A stretch of 64,000 nucleotides of DNA from Alphaproteobacteria bacterium (GTDB lineage: Bacteria; Pseudomonadota; Alphaproteobacteria; SP197): assembly GCA_965242595.1 (NCBI GenBank), contig OZ251464.1, forward strand, positions 1,278,235 through 1,342,234, read 5' to 3'. The number at the start of each line of letters is the position of its first letter. Positions within the stretch are counted from its first letter, which is position 1. Positions 8,339 through 17,850 of the stretch are shown here, one piece after another. Both the position numbers and the translations under genes were made by a program. Under the pieces are notes generated by a model, which did no database searches, had not been told where the DNA came from, and saw only the letters and a list, made by a program, of their open reading frames with translations.

Positions 8339-10144
8339 GTGGCCGCGTTCCTTGCCCCATCCGTGTTCGATGGCGCCGCGCCCATGGCGGCGCCGGTGGG
8401 CAATGCCGCCTTCGCGCCGTCGCCCCGGGCCGGCCCCGCCCATGGCAGCTTCGAGGGCCGGCTGGAGATCGCCGGCGGGCGCCTCGCCAGCGCCTGCGCC
8501 GCCCTCGATCAGGAATTCGCGCTGGGTGGCGCGCCGCGCCGTTTTCCCTCGCTCGCCCTCGCCTTCACCAGCCATCGGGGCGAGCTGCTGCCGCTGTGGC
8601 GCGGCCTTCACCGCCGCCCCGACCGGGCGAGCTATTGGGATGTCATGGTCGGACCCGGGCGCATCTGGTCCGAACCCGGCGACGGCGCCCGGAGCCGCGC
8701 CGCCTTTCCCTTCCAGCTCTCCAACCAGGGCGAGAACGACAGCCACCACGGCGTCGCCTGCCTGCTGTTCGACGGCGAAGGTGTCAGCGGCCTGGTGCTG
8801 CAGGTGACGGTGGAAACCCGGCCCTATGACCTCCCCGCCGGCTTCGACCTCTGGGGCCGCCTCGCCGTCTCCTTCACCCCCGGCCCGGGCCCGGGCGCTT
8901 CCCATGACGCAGCACGGGGGCGTGCTGTCGCTTTCCATGGTGCAGCACGGGGGCGTGCTGTCGCTTTCTATGATGCAGCACGGGGGCGTGCTGCCGAGCG
9001 CCGCGGCGCCCCCCCCATTCGCCCGCTTGACGAGCTGCGCCCTGCCGTTGGCGACCGGCTGCTGGATGCCCTCGCCACGGGCACCGGCAGCGACAGCGAG
9101 ATCGTCGCCGGGCTGGCCTGCGACGGTGCCATCTATGCCAGCGCCGTCGCCACCCGGCACGGCCCCTTTCCCTATCCCCGGGCCATGCGCTTCGGCCTGT
9201 GGTCGGCCACCAAGGCGGCCTTCGCCACCACCGCCCTGCTGCGCCTCGCCCATCGTCTGGGGCCGGAGGTGGCCACCACCCGCATCGCCGATGTCATCCC
9301 CGCAGCCGCCGCGCATCCCCACTGGCAGCGGGTGACGATCCGCCACTGCCTCGACATGGCCTCGGGCATCGGCACCGCTGCGGGCCGCGCCGGGGCGCCC
9401 GACATCCATGCCGACAACCTGACCACACCCGAAGACGCTGCCGCCTCGCCGGAGGCGGCGCGCAGCTACCGCGCCTATCGCGACTGGTTCCAGGCGCCCT
9501 CTCTGGCCGGCAAGCTGGCGGCGGCCTTCGCCTGCCCTTCCTATCCCTGGGGGGCGGGCGAGGTGGCGCGCTATCGCGATCAGGATCTGTTCATGGCCGG
9601 CATCGCCATGGACGCCCTCTGGAAGCGTCGGCAGGGGCCGGATGCGGACCTTTTCGCCATGGTTGCCGAGGAGGTCTTCGCCCCCATCGGCATCGTCGGC
9701 GCCGATATCGGCCGCACCGTCGAAGCGGATGGGCGCCAGGGCGCGCCGCTGGGCGCCTTCGGCCTCTATCTGGGCATCGACGATGTGGCCAGGCTCGGCC
9801 GTCTGCTGGCCGGCGGCGGCGTGCATCGCGGGCAGCGTCTGCTGGAGCCGACGCTGCTCGCTGCCTGCTTCGACGGCCGCTTCGACAAGGGGCGCGCCAC
9901 CGGCACCTTCACGGCCGAAGGCCGCGAGATCGCCTACAGCCTCGCCTGTTGGCAGCTGCCCATGACCACCCGCGCCGGACGGCAGGTGCGCATCGCCACC
10001 ATGCGGGGCTATGGCGGCCAGATCGTGCAGCCGCTGTGGAACGGCATCGTCTGCTTCCGCTTTGCCTGCGATCCGCCCCATCCCGACCGGAGCTACGACG
10101 CCCTGAAGCTGCCCCGCATCGCCGACGCCCTGAAGCCGCTCTAG
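8339..10144 (+). CDS. Serine hydrolase (beta-lactamase/transpeptidase-like fold) with an N-terminal domain of unknown function and an in-frame 99-bp repeat insertion
   Basis: S-x-x-K motif in [18 protein letters not shown]-terminal ...MRGYGGQIV resembles the KTG/GxG region of class C-like serine hydrolases. 601-aa ORF with GTG start. Codons 190-222 ([11 protein letters not shown] x3) are encoded by the palindromic repeat cluster. It could alternatively be a disrupted gene. Confidence 0.5.
   Translation: MAAFLAPSVFDGAAPMAAPVGNAAFAPSPRAGPAHGSFEGRLEIAGGRLASACAALDQEFALGGAPRRFPSLALAFTSHRGELLPLWRGLHRRPDRASYWDVMVGPGRIWSEPGDGARSRAAFPFQLSNQGENDSHHGVACLLFDGEGVSGLVLQVTVETRPYDLPAGFDLWGRLAVSFTPGPGPGASHDAARGRAVAFHGAARGRAVAFYDAARGRAAERRGAPPIRPLDELRPAVGDRLLDALATGTGSDSEIVAGLACDGAIYASAVATRHGPFPYPRAMRFGLWSATKAAFATTALLRLAHRLGPEVATTRIADVIPAAAAHPHWQRVTIRHCLDMASGIGTAAGRAGAPDIHADNLTTPEDAAASPEAARSYRAYRDWFQAPSLAGKLAAAFACPSYPWGAGEVARYRDQDLFMAGIAMDALWKRRQGPDADLFAMVAEEVFAPIGIVGADIGRTVEADGRQGAPLGAFGLYLGIDDVARLGRLLAGGGVHRGQRLLEPTLLAACFDGRFDKGRATGTFTAEGREIAYSLACWQLPMTTRAGRQVRIATMRGYGGQIVQPLWNGIVCFRFACDPPHPDRSYDALKLPRIADALKPL
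8904..9000. repeat. Tandem array (3 copies) of a 33-bp palindrome-containing unit ATG(A/G)(C/T)GCAGCACGGGGGCGTGCTGTCGCTTTCC. It is the reverse complement of the 7321 cluster core.
   Basis: Seen directly. The shared 24-bp core is CAGCACGCCCCCGTGCTGCGTCAT. It lies inside the CDS 8339-10144 in frame (11 codons per unit). Confidence 0.7.
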
Positions 10145-10152
10145 ACGCCGCC

Positions 10153-10971
10153 TCACCTGGCATCGGGGAAGAACAGCTGCTGGCCGTCCACCCAGTAGGA
10201 GGCGATGGCCGCCTGGCCCTGCGGCGACAGCAGCCAATCGATGAAGGCCTGGCCTTCGGCCGCCTTGACATGGGGGAAGACCTCCGGGTTCACCAGGATC
10301 GCGCCATATTGGTTCAGCAGCGCGTCGTCGCCTTCCACATGCAGCACCAGATCGCCCTTGTTGCGAAAGGCGACCCAGGTCGCCCGGTCGGTCAGGGCAT
10401 AGGCGCCCAGCCCCGCCGCCGTGTTCAGCGTTGCCCCCATGCCGGAGCCGGTCTCCAGATACCAGCTGCCGCTGGCCGCCTGCGGGTCGATGCCGGCCGC
10501 CTGCCACAGGGCCATTTCCTTGTGGTGGGTGCCGGAATCGTCGCCTCGCGAGGCAAAGGGCGCGGTGGCGGCGGCGATGGCGGCCAGCGCGGCCGGGGCG
10601 TCCGCCATGCCGGCGATGGCGGCCGGGTCCGCCGCCCGGCCCACGATCACGAAGTCGTTGTGCATCAGGTCGAAGCGCTTTACGCCCAGGCCGGCGGCGA
10701 CGAAGGCATCCTCCGCCTCTCTGGCGTGAACGATCAGCACATCGCCGTCGCCGCGCGAGGCATTGCCGATCGCCTGGCCGGTGCCCACCGCCACCACCCG
10801 CACCTGGATGCCCGTGGCCCGTTCGAACTGGGGCAGGATGTGGTCGTATAGGCCGGAATTGCGGGTGGAGGTGGTCGATTGCACCACGATGAAGGGTGTC
10901 TCGCCGTTGTCTGGCAGGGCGGGTCCGGTCCAGGCCAGGGCGGCGATCAGGCAGGCGGCGCGAAACGGCAT
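10153..10971 (-). CDS. Periplasmic substrate-binding protein, PBP_like_2 / TupA-like (tungstate or related oxyanion), with no adjacent permease or ATPase genes
   Basis: [51 protein letters not shown] matches the TupA/PBP2 pattern TTSTxxSGLxxxLxPxFExxxGIxVxVVAVGTGxAL. Signal peptide [18 protein letters not shown]. Confidence 0.55.
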   Translation of the reverse strand: MPFRAACLIAALAWTGPALPDNGETPFIVVQSTTSTRNSGLYDHILPQFERATGIQVRVVAVGTGQAIGNASRGDGDVLIVHAREAEDAFVAAGLGVKRFDLMHNDFVIVGRAADPAAIAGMADAPAALAAIAAATAPFASRGDDSGTHHKEMALWQAAGIDPQAASGSWYLETGSGMGATLNTAAGLGAYALTDRATWVAFRNKGDLVLHVEGDDALLNQYGAILVNPEVFPHVKAAEGQAFIDWLLSPQGQAAIASYWVDGQQLFFPDAR

Positions 10972-11037
10972 GACGGCTTTCGGGATCGGGGCGAGACGTG
11001 AAGCGGCGCGCGCTGCCGCCGTGCCGGTGGCGCCTCG

Positions 11038-11594
11038 TCAGTCGCTCTCCAGCTCGCTGTCCCAATAGAGGTAGTCGCGCCAGTCCCGGTGCAGGAAATT
11101 GGGCGGAAAGGCGCGCCCGTTCTCGCGCAGCTGCCAGGTGGAGGGCACCGCCGGTGCTCGCTGGGGGATCATGTTTGCTTCTTGGGGGGTGCGGTTGGAC
11201 TTGCGGATGTTGCAGCGGCTGCAGGCGGTGACGACGTTGGCCCAGGTGGTTCGGCCGCCGCGGGAGCGGGGGGTGACGTGGTCGAAGGTCAGCTCGCGCG
11301 TTTCGAAGCGGCCGTTGCAGTACTGGCAGGAGAAGCGGTCGCGCAGGAAGACGTTGAAGCGGGTGAAGGCCGGGCGCCGGCTTAGCGGGATGAACTGGCG
11401 CAGGGCGATGACGCTGGGAAGGCGCATGGCGAGGCTGGGCGAATGCACCACCCGCTCATATTCGGACAGCGTTTGCACCCGGCCCATGAACACCGCCTTC
11501 ACCGCGTCCTGCCAGGACCACAGCGAGAGCGGGAAGTAGCTGAGCGGGCGAAAATCCGCATTCAGCACCAGCGCGGGACAGGCTTGGGGGAGCA
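11038..11594 (-). CDS. HNH endonuclease (McrA-like 5-methylcytosine restriction-type, single domain)
   Basis: CQYCNGRF...[13 protein letters not shown]...[12 protein letters not shown] is the HNH motif. The N-terminal [24 protein letters not shown] is typical of this roughly 185-aa family. GTG start with SD GAGGAG. Confidence 0.65.
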
Positions 11595-11770
11595 CCGGAC
11601 ATCTCCTCGGGGTCTGTCGCCTTCCGCCCTGCGCCTTGGGCCGGGCGGCAGCGGCGCGCCATCTTAGCCGCAATGGCGCGCCGTGGCACCGCATTTTGCC
11701 TCTCCTCGCCCACGTGCTGCGTTATGGGATATGCTGTGTTACGATAAGGGGCGCGGGAGGCTCCGAGACC

Positions 11771-13489
11771 ATGACCCGATGGGACAAATCCAGACTGCCC
11801 AGCCGCCATGTCTCGCTGGGGGCGAAGAGCGCGCCGCACCGCGCCTTCTATTACGCCATGGGCATGAGCGACCAGGAGGTGGCCCAGCCCTTCGTCGGCG
11901 TCGCCACCACCTGGAACGAGGCGGCGCCCTGCAACATCACGCTGATGCGCCAGGCCCAGGCCGTGAAAAAGGGGGTGAAGGCCGGCGGCGGCACGCCGCG
12001 CGAGTTCACCACCATCACCGTCACCGACGGCATCGCCATGGGCCATGCCGGCATGAAATCGTCGCTGGTCAGCCGCGAGGTGATCGCCGATTCGGTGGAG
12101 CTCACCATGCGCGGCCATTGCTACGACGCCCTGGTGGGGCTGGCCGGCTGCGACAAATCGCTGCCCGGCATGATGATGGCGATGCTGCGCCTCAACGTGC
12201 CTTCCGTGTTCCTCTATGGCGGCTCGATCATGCCCGGGCGCTATCGCAACCGGGATGTCACCATCGTCGATGTGTTCGAAGGCGTCGGCGCCCATGCGGC
12301 CGGGGCCATGTCCGACGCCGAACTCGACCTTCTGGAGCATGTCGCCTGCCCTTCCGGCGGTTCCTGCGGCGGCCAGTTCACGGCCAACACCATGGCCACG
12401 GTGTCGGAGGCCATCGGGCTGGCGCTTCCCAATTCGGCCATGACGCCGGCGCCGTTCGAAAGCCGCGACGCCTTTGCCGAGGCTTCGGGCCAGGCGGCGA
12501 TGCGGCTTGTTGCCGACAATCTCCGCCCGCGCGATATCGTGACCCGCAAGGCGCTGGAAAATGCCGCCACCGTGGTCGCCGCCACCGGCGGTTCCACCAA
12601 TGCCGGCCTGCATCTGCCGGCCATCGCCCATGAGGCGGGCATCGCCTTCACGCTGGACGATGTCTGCGCCATCTTCCGCCGCACCCCCTATATCGCCGAT
12701 CTCAAGCCCGGCGGGCGCTATGTCGCCAAGGATCTTTACGGAGTGGGCGGCGTGCCGGTGCTGATCCGGACGCTGCTGGACGGTGGCTGGCTTCATGGCG
12801 ACACGCTCACCGTCACCGGGCGCACCCTGGAGGAGAACCACGCCGACATCGTTTTCCCGGACGACCAGGACGTGATCCGCCCGGCCAGCGCGCCGCTTTC
12901 GCCCAGCGGCGGGGTCGTCGGGCTGAAGGGCAATCTGGCGCCGGAAGGGGCGATCGTGAAGGTGGCCGGCATGAAGACCCAGAGCTTCCGCGGCCCTGCC
13001 CGCTGCTTCGACAGCGAAGAGGCCTGCCTGGAGGCGGTGCTGGCCCAGCGCTTTGCCGAAGGCGATGTGCTGGCGATCCGCTATGAAGGCCCCAGGGGCG
13101 GCCCCGGCATGAGGGAGATGCTGGCGACCACCGGCGCCCTTTACGGCCAGGGCATGGGCGAAAAGGTGGCGCTGATCACCGATGGGCGCTTTTCCGGCGC
13201 CACCCGCGGCTTCTGCATCGGCCATGTCGGCCCCGAAGCCGCTGTCGGCGGCCCCATCGGCCTGCTGCAAGACGGCGACACCATCGCCATCGACGCCGAA
13301 CGCGGGCGCCTGGACGTGGAGCTGAGCGCGGACGAGCTGGAGCGTCGCCGCCAAGCCTGGCGCCCGCGCCAGACCGACTATACCTCCGGCACCATCTGGA
13401 AATACGCCCAGACCGTAGGCGCCGCCCATCTGGGCGCCGTCACCCACCCCGGCGGCCACGGCGAAAGCCACGTCTTCGCGGATCTTTAG
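11771..13489 (+). CDS. ilvD: Dihydroxy-acid dehydratase (IlvD/EDD family)
   Basis: 572 aa. [16 protein letters not shown] Fe-S ligands, ...[15 protein letters not shown]..., and N-terminal [14 protein letters not shown] are typical of IlvD. Confidence 0.8.
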   Translation: MTRWDKSRLPSRHVSLGAKSAPHRAFYYAMGMSDQEVAQPFVGVATTWNEAAPCNITLMRQAQAVKKGVKAGGGTPREFTTITVTDGIAMGHAGMKSSLVSREVIADSVELTMRGHCYDALVGLAGCDKSLPGMMMAMLRLNVPSVFLYGGSIMPGRYRNRDVTIVDVFEGVGAHAAGAMSDAELDLLEHVACPSGGSCGGQFTANTMATVSEAIGLALPNSAMTPAPFESRDAFAEASGQAAMRLVADNLRPRDIVTRKALENAATVVAATGGSTNAGLHLPAIAHEAGIAFTLDDVCAIFRRTPYIADLKPGGRYVAKDLYGVGGVPVLIRTLLDGGWLHGDTLTVTGRTLEENHADIVFPDDQDVIRPASAPLSPSGGVVGLKGNLAPEGAIVKVAGMKTQSFRGPARCFDSEEACLEAVLAQRFAEGDVLAIRYEGPRGGPGMREMLATTGALYGQGMGEKVALITDGRFSGATRGFCIGHVGPEAAVGGPIGLLQDGDTIAIDAERGRLDVELSADELERRRQAWRPRQTDYTSGTIWKYAQTVGAAHLGAVTHPGGHGESHVFADL

Positions 13490-13506
13490 AGCGGATGGGG
13501 GGCAAG

Positions 13507-14181
13507 ATGATCGTTGTCATTCAATGTGCTAAAAGCAAAAGGGATCATGCTGGCCATCTCGTGAATAACGCCGGCCGAAAAGTGTTGTTTGTCGCTCGTC
13601 CCGAAGAAGCCTCCGCTTGTGAAGGTTACATCTTTGCACGACCGGACGACGACGATGGCACGGGTGTCTCATGGCGGAACCAACTGTTGGAGTACAATAA
13701 AAATTCCAATAGCAATCCGCTAGGTTTGTTGCCGGCGGTGGAACTCTACAAACATCCGATCTACGAACACCTGGCGCGACATTATGGACGCGAGAATCTC
13801 TACATACTTTCGGCAGGTTGGGGTCTGATTGCAGCAGATTTTCTGACACCAGCCTACGACATCACATTCAGCAGTGACGCTGAGTCCTGTCATCGACGGC
13901 GTCAAAGCGATATTTATTGCGACTTCCACATGCTGCCGGACGATACGACAGAGCCTGTCATATTCCTCGGTGGCAAGAGTTACGTTAAACTTTTTTGCTC
14001 ATTAACCAGGAACGTGAAAGGTAAGCGATATGTTTTTCATAAAGGCAAGCAATATGTTTTTCATGTATCCCGGGGTGAACCCCATGCTCCGAAGTGTTTT
14101 TTCAAGAGATTCGAGACAACAGCCCGAAGTTGGCACTATGAATGCGCTCACGCCCTTATCGAAGGCAGGATCGGTATCTGA
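13507..14181 (+). CDS. Hypothetical protein (224 aa) in a low-GC islet. No family recognised; Cys/His-rich C-terminus.
   Basis: GC content drops sharply over 13495-14200 (AT-rich codons, e.g. aaaagcaaaagggatcatgct). G-rich SD before ATG 13507. Protein MIVVIQCAKSKRDHAGHLVNNAGRKVLFVARPEE...YILSAGWGLIAADFLTPAYDITFSSDAESCHRRRQSDIYCDFHMLPDD.... Confidence 0.55.
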   Translation: MIVVIQCAKSKRDHAGHLVNNAGRKVLFVARPEEASACEGYIFARPDDDDGTGVSWRNQLLEYNKNSNSNPLGLLPAVELYKHPIYEHLARHYGRENLYILSAGWGLIAADFLTPAYDITFSSDAESCHRRRQSDIYCDFHMLPDDTTEPVIFLGGKSYVKLFCSLTRNVKGKRYVFHKGKQYVFHVSRGEPHAPKCFFKRFETTARSWHYECAHALIEGRIGI

Positions 14182-14219
14182 GCGACCCGCATGGCGAATG
14201 TGCCAAAGCCCCGCTCCGC

Positions 14220-14630
14220 TCACCCCGCCTTGGCGCTGCTGAAGCCCTCCTTTCTGGGCAGGTCGTCGCCGGTCTTGAACCAGGGGATGCTGTCTGCCGT
14301 CATGGTGTGCATGGCGGGTGGGAAGGCGGCGGGGGTGTCCAGGGTGGCGGTGTAGATGTGCACCTCGCCCGGCCAGGCATCGCCCTCATAGGTGAGCGAA
14401 CTGCCGCAGGCGGCGCAGAAGCCGCGCCGCACCCCGGGCGAAGAGCGGTAGATGGCCCGCTTGCCAGCGATGTCCTGATAGCACCCGGCCACCACGCCGA
14501 CAAAGGCGGCCACCGGCGCCCCGGTTGCCCGCTGGCAGCTGCGGCAATGGCACAGGCTGGTGAACCTGGCGGGCGTGGCGATGCGATAGCGCACCCTGCC
14601 GCACATGCAGCCGCCTTCGTAGCTCGCCAT
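14220..14630 (-). CDS. GFA/CENP-V family protein (third paralog in window)
   Basis: MASYEGGCMCGRVRY...CHCRSCQR...CAACG. SD GGGGAGGGATGGG. Confidence 0.75.
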   Translation of the reverse strand: MASYEGGCMCGRVRYRIATPARFTSLCHCRSCQRATGAPVAAFVGVVAGCYQDIAGKRAIYRSSPGVRRGFCAACGSSLTYEGDAWPGEVHIYTATLDTPAAFPPAMHTMTADSIPWFKTGDDLPRKEGFSSAKAG

Positions 14631-14653
14631 CCCATCCCTCCCCGAAGGTCGTC

Positions 14654-15406
14654 TCACAGCTCCCGCAGCAGGCGCCCGCAGCCTGCGATCCGGTCCTCGA
14701 CGCCGATAAGTCGCAGCATGCGCCACACCAGCGCCTGATTGCTGGCGACCGCCGGCTTGCCCGCCCGTCGCTCGATCTCGTCGAGCGCCTCCACGCTGCG
14801 CAGGGCGCTGCACGAAACGAAGATGCCGTCGGCCTGGGGCCGGTCCGCGGCCAGGGCCAGCTCCACGATGGCGTCCGGCTCCACCAGGCACATCTCGCGC
14901 CCGCTGGCGATGCCCAGGCCCCGGATGCTCTGCACGGCGAAGCCCTCTGCCGCCAGGGCTTCGGCCTCGGCGCGGTTGACCTCGTCCAGATAGGGCGTGG
15001 CCAGCGCCGGGCGGTGGATGGCCAGCGCGCGCATGGCCGCCAGCGCGCAGGCGAACAGCGACAGCGCGCGCGTGCCGGGCTGGCCCCGCCGCAGCGCCCG
15101 CGCCACCGCCTCCTCGCCCAGCACCGCGCTGCCGGAGGTGCAGACATAGGCCACGGCGTCCAGCGCCTCCGGCAGCAGGGCGGCGGCCCGGGCCAGGTCG
15201 TGGCCCACCGCCGCCAGATTCTCCACCGTGACCGGGTCGGCGAGACGGGTGCGGGTGCAGAACACGCCGACATCGTCCGGCACCAGGGCGCGCACATCGT
15301 CGCCGGCGGTCTCCTCGCTGTTCAGCAGCACGAAGCCCAGGCGGCCCCGGCCATGGCGCCCGCCAACTGGCCGGGGCGAGGGGGCGGGGCGGGCGGCGTG
15401 CCTCAC
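14654..15406 (-). CDS. Asp/Glu/hydantoin racemase superfamily protein (maleate isomerase/arylmalonate decarboxylase-like)
   Basis: GFVLLNSEETAGDDVRAL...YVCTSGS...IFVSCSALRSVEALDEIERRAGKPAVASNQALVWRML is typical of this family. The GTG start overlaps the xth stop (GTGA). Confidence 0.6.
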   Translation of the reverse strand: MRHAARPAPSPRPVGGRHGRGRLGFVLLNSEETAGDDVRALVPDDVGVFCTRTRLADPVTVENLAAVGHDLARAAALLPEALDAVAYVCTSGSAVLGEEAVARALRRGQPGTRALSLFACALAAMRALAIHRPALATPYLDEVNRAEAEALAAEGFAVQSIRGLGIASGREMCLVEPDAIVELALAADRPQADGIFVSCSALRSVEALDEIERRAGKPAVASNQALVWRMLRLIGVEDRIAGCGRLLREL

Positions 15407-16182
15407 CCTTCGTCCTCCAGCTGGCACCACAGCGGCGCGTGGTCGGAGGCCTTCTTGCGCCCGCGCGCTTCCCGGTCGATCTCGCAGGCCAGCAGCCGGT
15501 CGGCGGCATGGGGCGACAGCAGCAGGTGGTCGATGCGCACGCCGTGGTCGCGCTGCCAGGCGCCGCCCTGATAATCCCAGAAGGTCCAGGGGCGCCGGGC
15601 CTGCTCGTGCAGGGCGCGGAAGGCCTCGGTCCAGCCCAGCCACAGCAGCTCGCGGAAACGGGCGCGGGCCTCGGGGCGGCACAGCGCATCGTCGGCCCAG
15701 CCTTCCGGGTCGTGAACGTCGGCGTCGCCGGGGCAGACATTGTAGTCGCCGCCCAGCACCACCGCCTCCTCGTAGCCGAGCAGGCGGCGGGCATGGGCGG
15801 TCAGCCGTTCCATCCAGGCCAGCTTGTAGTCGAAGCGCGGCCCGGGCGCCGGGTTGCCGTTGGGCAGATAGATCGACGCCACCCGCACGCCGCCGGTAAA
15901 GGCCTCCAGATAGCGGGCCTGATCGTCGCCGTCGCCGCCCGGCAGCCCCCGACATTCCACCTCCAGCGGGAATTTGGAGAGCACGGCGACGCCGTTGTAG
16001 CTTTTCTGGCCGGCGACGGCGCAGTTGTAGCCCAGGGCTTCCAGCTCCATGAAGGGGAAGCCCTCTTCCAGCGTCTTGAGCTCCTGCAGCAGCGCCACCT
16101 CCGGGGCCGCCTCGCCCAGCCATTCCAGCACATTGGGCAGGCGCGCCCGGATGGAATTGACGTTCCAGCTGGCGATCTTCAT
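15403..16182 (-). CDS. xth: Exodeoxyribonuclease III
   Basis: MKIASWNVNSIRARLPNVLEWL...YLPNGNP...SDHAPLWCQL is the canonical ExoIII/AP endonuclease fold. Confidence 0.8.
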   Translation of the reverse strand: MKIASWNVNSIRARLPNVLEWLGEAAPEVALLQELKTLEEGFPFMELEALGYNCAVAGQKSYNGVAVLSKFPLEVECRGLPGGDGDDQARYLEAFTGGVRVASIYLPNGNPAPGPRFDYKLAWMERLTAHARRLLGYEEAVVLGGDYNVCPGDADVHDPEGWADDALCRPEARARFRELLWLGWTEAFRALHEQARRPWTFWDYQGGAWQRDHGVRIDHLLLSPHAADRLLACEIDREARGRKKASDHAPLWCQLEDEG

Positions 16183-16214
16183 GGCCCCGACTTCACAGCC
16201 CGGGGGCGGCGCCG

Positions 16215-16568
16215 CTAGACCGCAAAGGAGGTGCCGCAACCGCAGGAGGAGGAGGCGTTGGGGTTCTCCAGCGTGAAATAGCTGCCTTCCAGATTCTCCA
16301 CGAAGCGCAGCGTGGCGCCCTTCAGAAACTGCAACGAAAGGTCGTCCACCACCACCCTGGCGTCCTCGGCGCCATATTCGATGTCGCCTTCCTCCGGCCC
16401 TTCGTCGAGCTTGAAATGGTATTGAAAGCCGGAACAGCCGCCGCCGGTCACCACGATCCGCAGCCGCCCCGCCTTGGGATCGCCATGTTCGGCGGCCATG
16501 ATGCGGGCGATTCGCCTGGCCGCATCGGGGGCGACATGAATGCCTTGCGCATGGGAATCTTCGTTCAT
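16215..16568 (-). CDS. erpA: Iron-sulfur cluster insertion protein ErpA (HesB/IscA family)
   Basis: LRIVVTGGGCSGFQY...NPNASSSCGCGTSFAV has the C-terminal CGCG Fe-S carrier motif. Confidence 0.8.
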   Translation of the reverse strand: MNEDSHAQGIHVAPDAARRIARIMAAEHGDPKAGRLRIVVTGGGCSGFQYHFKLDEGPEEGDIEYGAEDARVVVDDLSLQFLKGATLRFVENLEGSYFTLENPNASSSCGCGTSFAV

Positions 16569-16683
16569 GGTCCAGCCTCGCTTGTGTCCCCCGCACGGCC
16601 GCTACAGTCCGCCCGGCGCCGGTCCCTGTCAAGAGTCCGCGCCCGCGTTGCCCCCGCCGCTCCCTGCCACTAGGTTTCCCGCC

Positions 16684-17850
16684 ATGACGAACGGCCCCCT
16701 CGCGCCCTATGCCTGCCAGGCCGCGCAGAGCCGCGGGCGCCGCTTTCCCGAACCCGAAAGCCGCAGCCGTTCCGTCTTCCAGCGCGACCGCGACCGCATC
16801 GTCCATTGCCGCGCCTTCCGCCGCCTGATGCACAAGACCCAGGTGTTCGTGGCCGGCGAGGACGACCATTACCGCACCCGCCTCACCCACAGCCTGGAGG
16901 TGGCGCAGATCGCCCGCTCGGTAGCCAGATCGCTGCGCCTGGACGAAGACCTGGCCGAGGCGGTGGCGCTGGCCCACGATCTGGGCCACACCCCCTTCGG
17001 CCATGCCGGGGAACAGGTGCTGGACCAAGCCATGGCGGCCTGGGGCGGCTTCGACCACAATGTGCAGACCCTGCGCATCCTGACCGAACTGGAAACCCGC
17101 TATGCCGATTTCGACGGCCTGAACCTCACCTGGGAAACCCTGGAAGGCGTGGTGAAGCACAACGGGCCGCTGGCCGGCGCGCCGCCCCGCGCCATCGCCG
17201 ATTATTGCGCCGTCCACGACCTGGAGATCGACACCTTCGCCGGCGCCGAGGCCCAGGTGGCGGCCGCGGCCGACGACATCGCCTATCACAGCCACGACAT
17301 CGACGACGGCCTGCGCGCCGGCCTGTTCGCGCTGGACGACCTGTTGCAGGCGCCGCTGGCCGGGGAGGCGGCCCGCCAGGCCATCGCCCGCCACCCCGCC
17401 GCCCCCCGCGACCGCCTGGTGCAGGAGACGGTGCGCCGCCTGATCGACCGCCTGGTGACGGATTTGACCGCCCATTCCCGCGCGCTGGTCGCCGCCAGCG
17501 GCGCCGCCGCGCCCGACGATCTGCGCTGGCATGGCGCGGCGGCGATCGCCTTCAGCCCCCCGGTGGCCGAGGCCAATGCGGCCTTGAAGGCGTGGCTGCA
17601 CGCCAACATGTATGGGCATGAGCGCGTGCGGGCGGAACGGCAGCAGGCCATCGCCATCCTGCGCGACCTGTTCGCCGCCTATCGCCGCCGCCCGCAGCTG
17701 TTGCCGCCGGAATGGCAGCAGCGCCTGGACGGGCGCGGCGAATCCGGGCGCATGCGCGTGGTGGCGGACTATATCGCCGGCATGACCGACCGCTTCGCCC
17801 GCGAAGAACACCAGCGCCTGCCGACAGGACGAGATGAACCCCTATCGTGA
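16684..17850 (+). CDS. dgt: dGTP triphosphohydrolase-like HD-domain protein
   Basis: RSVFQRDRDRIVHCRAFRRLMHKTQVF...HYRTRLTHSLEVAQIARSVA...HDLGHTPFGHAGE is the HD phosphohydrolase dGTPase signature. Confidence 0.8.
   Translation: MTNGPLAPYACQAAQSRGRRFPEPESRSRSVFQRDRDRIVHCRAFRRLMHKTQVFVAGEDDHYRTRLTHSLEVAQIARSVARSLRLDEDLAEAVALAHDLGHTPFGHAGEQVLDQAMAAWGGFDHNVQTLRILTELETRYADFDGLNLTWETLEGVVKHNGPLAGAPPRAIADYCAVHDLEIDTFAGAEAQVAAAADDIAYHSHDIDDGLRAGLFALDDLLQAPLAGEAARQAIARHPAAPRDRLVQETVRRLIDRLVTDLTAHSRALVAASGAAAPDDLRWHGAAAIAFSPPVAEANAALKAWLHANMYGHERVRAERQQAIAILRDLFAAYRRRPQLLPPEWQQRLDGRGESGRMRVVADYIAGMTDRFAREEHQRLPTGRDEPLS

Noticed and set aside
7321-9000. Possible CRISPR array
   Set aside because: Units are contiguous tandem copies (33-35 bp period) with no unique spacers. 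Each is itself a hairpin, and there are only three per cluster. No cas genes in the window.
7940-11065. 1041-aa ORF on the minus strand
   Set aside because: Antisense to the well-supported plus-strand serine hydrolase and GFA genes. The translation is a G/R/A/P/Q-rich low-complexity string typical of high-GC antisense frames. No motifs.
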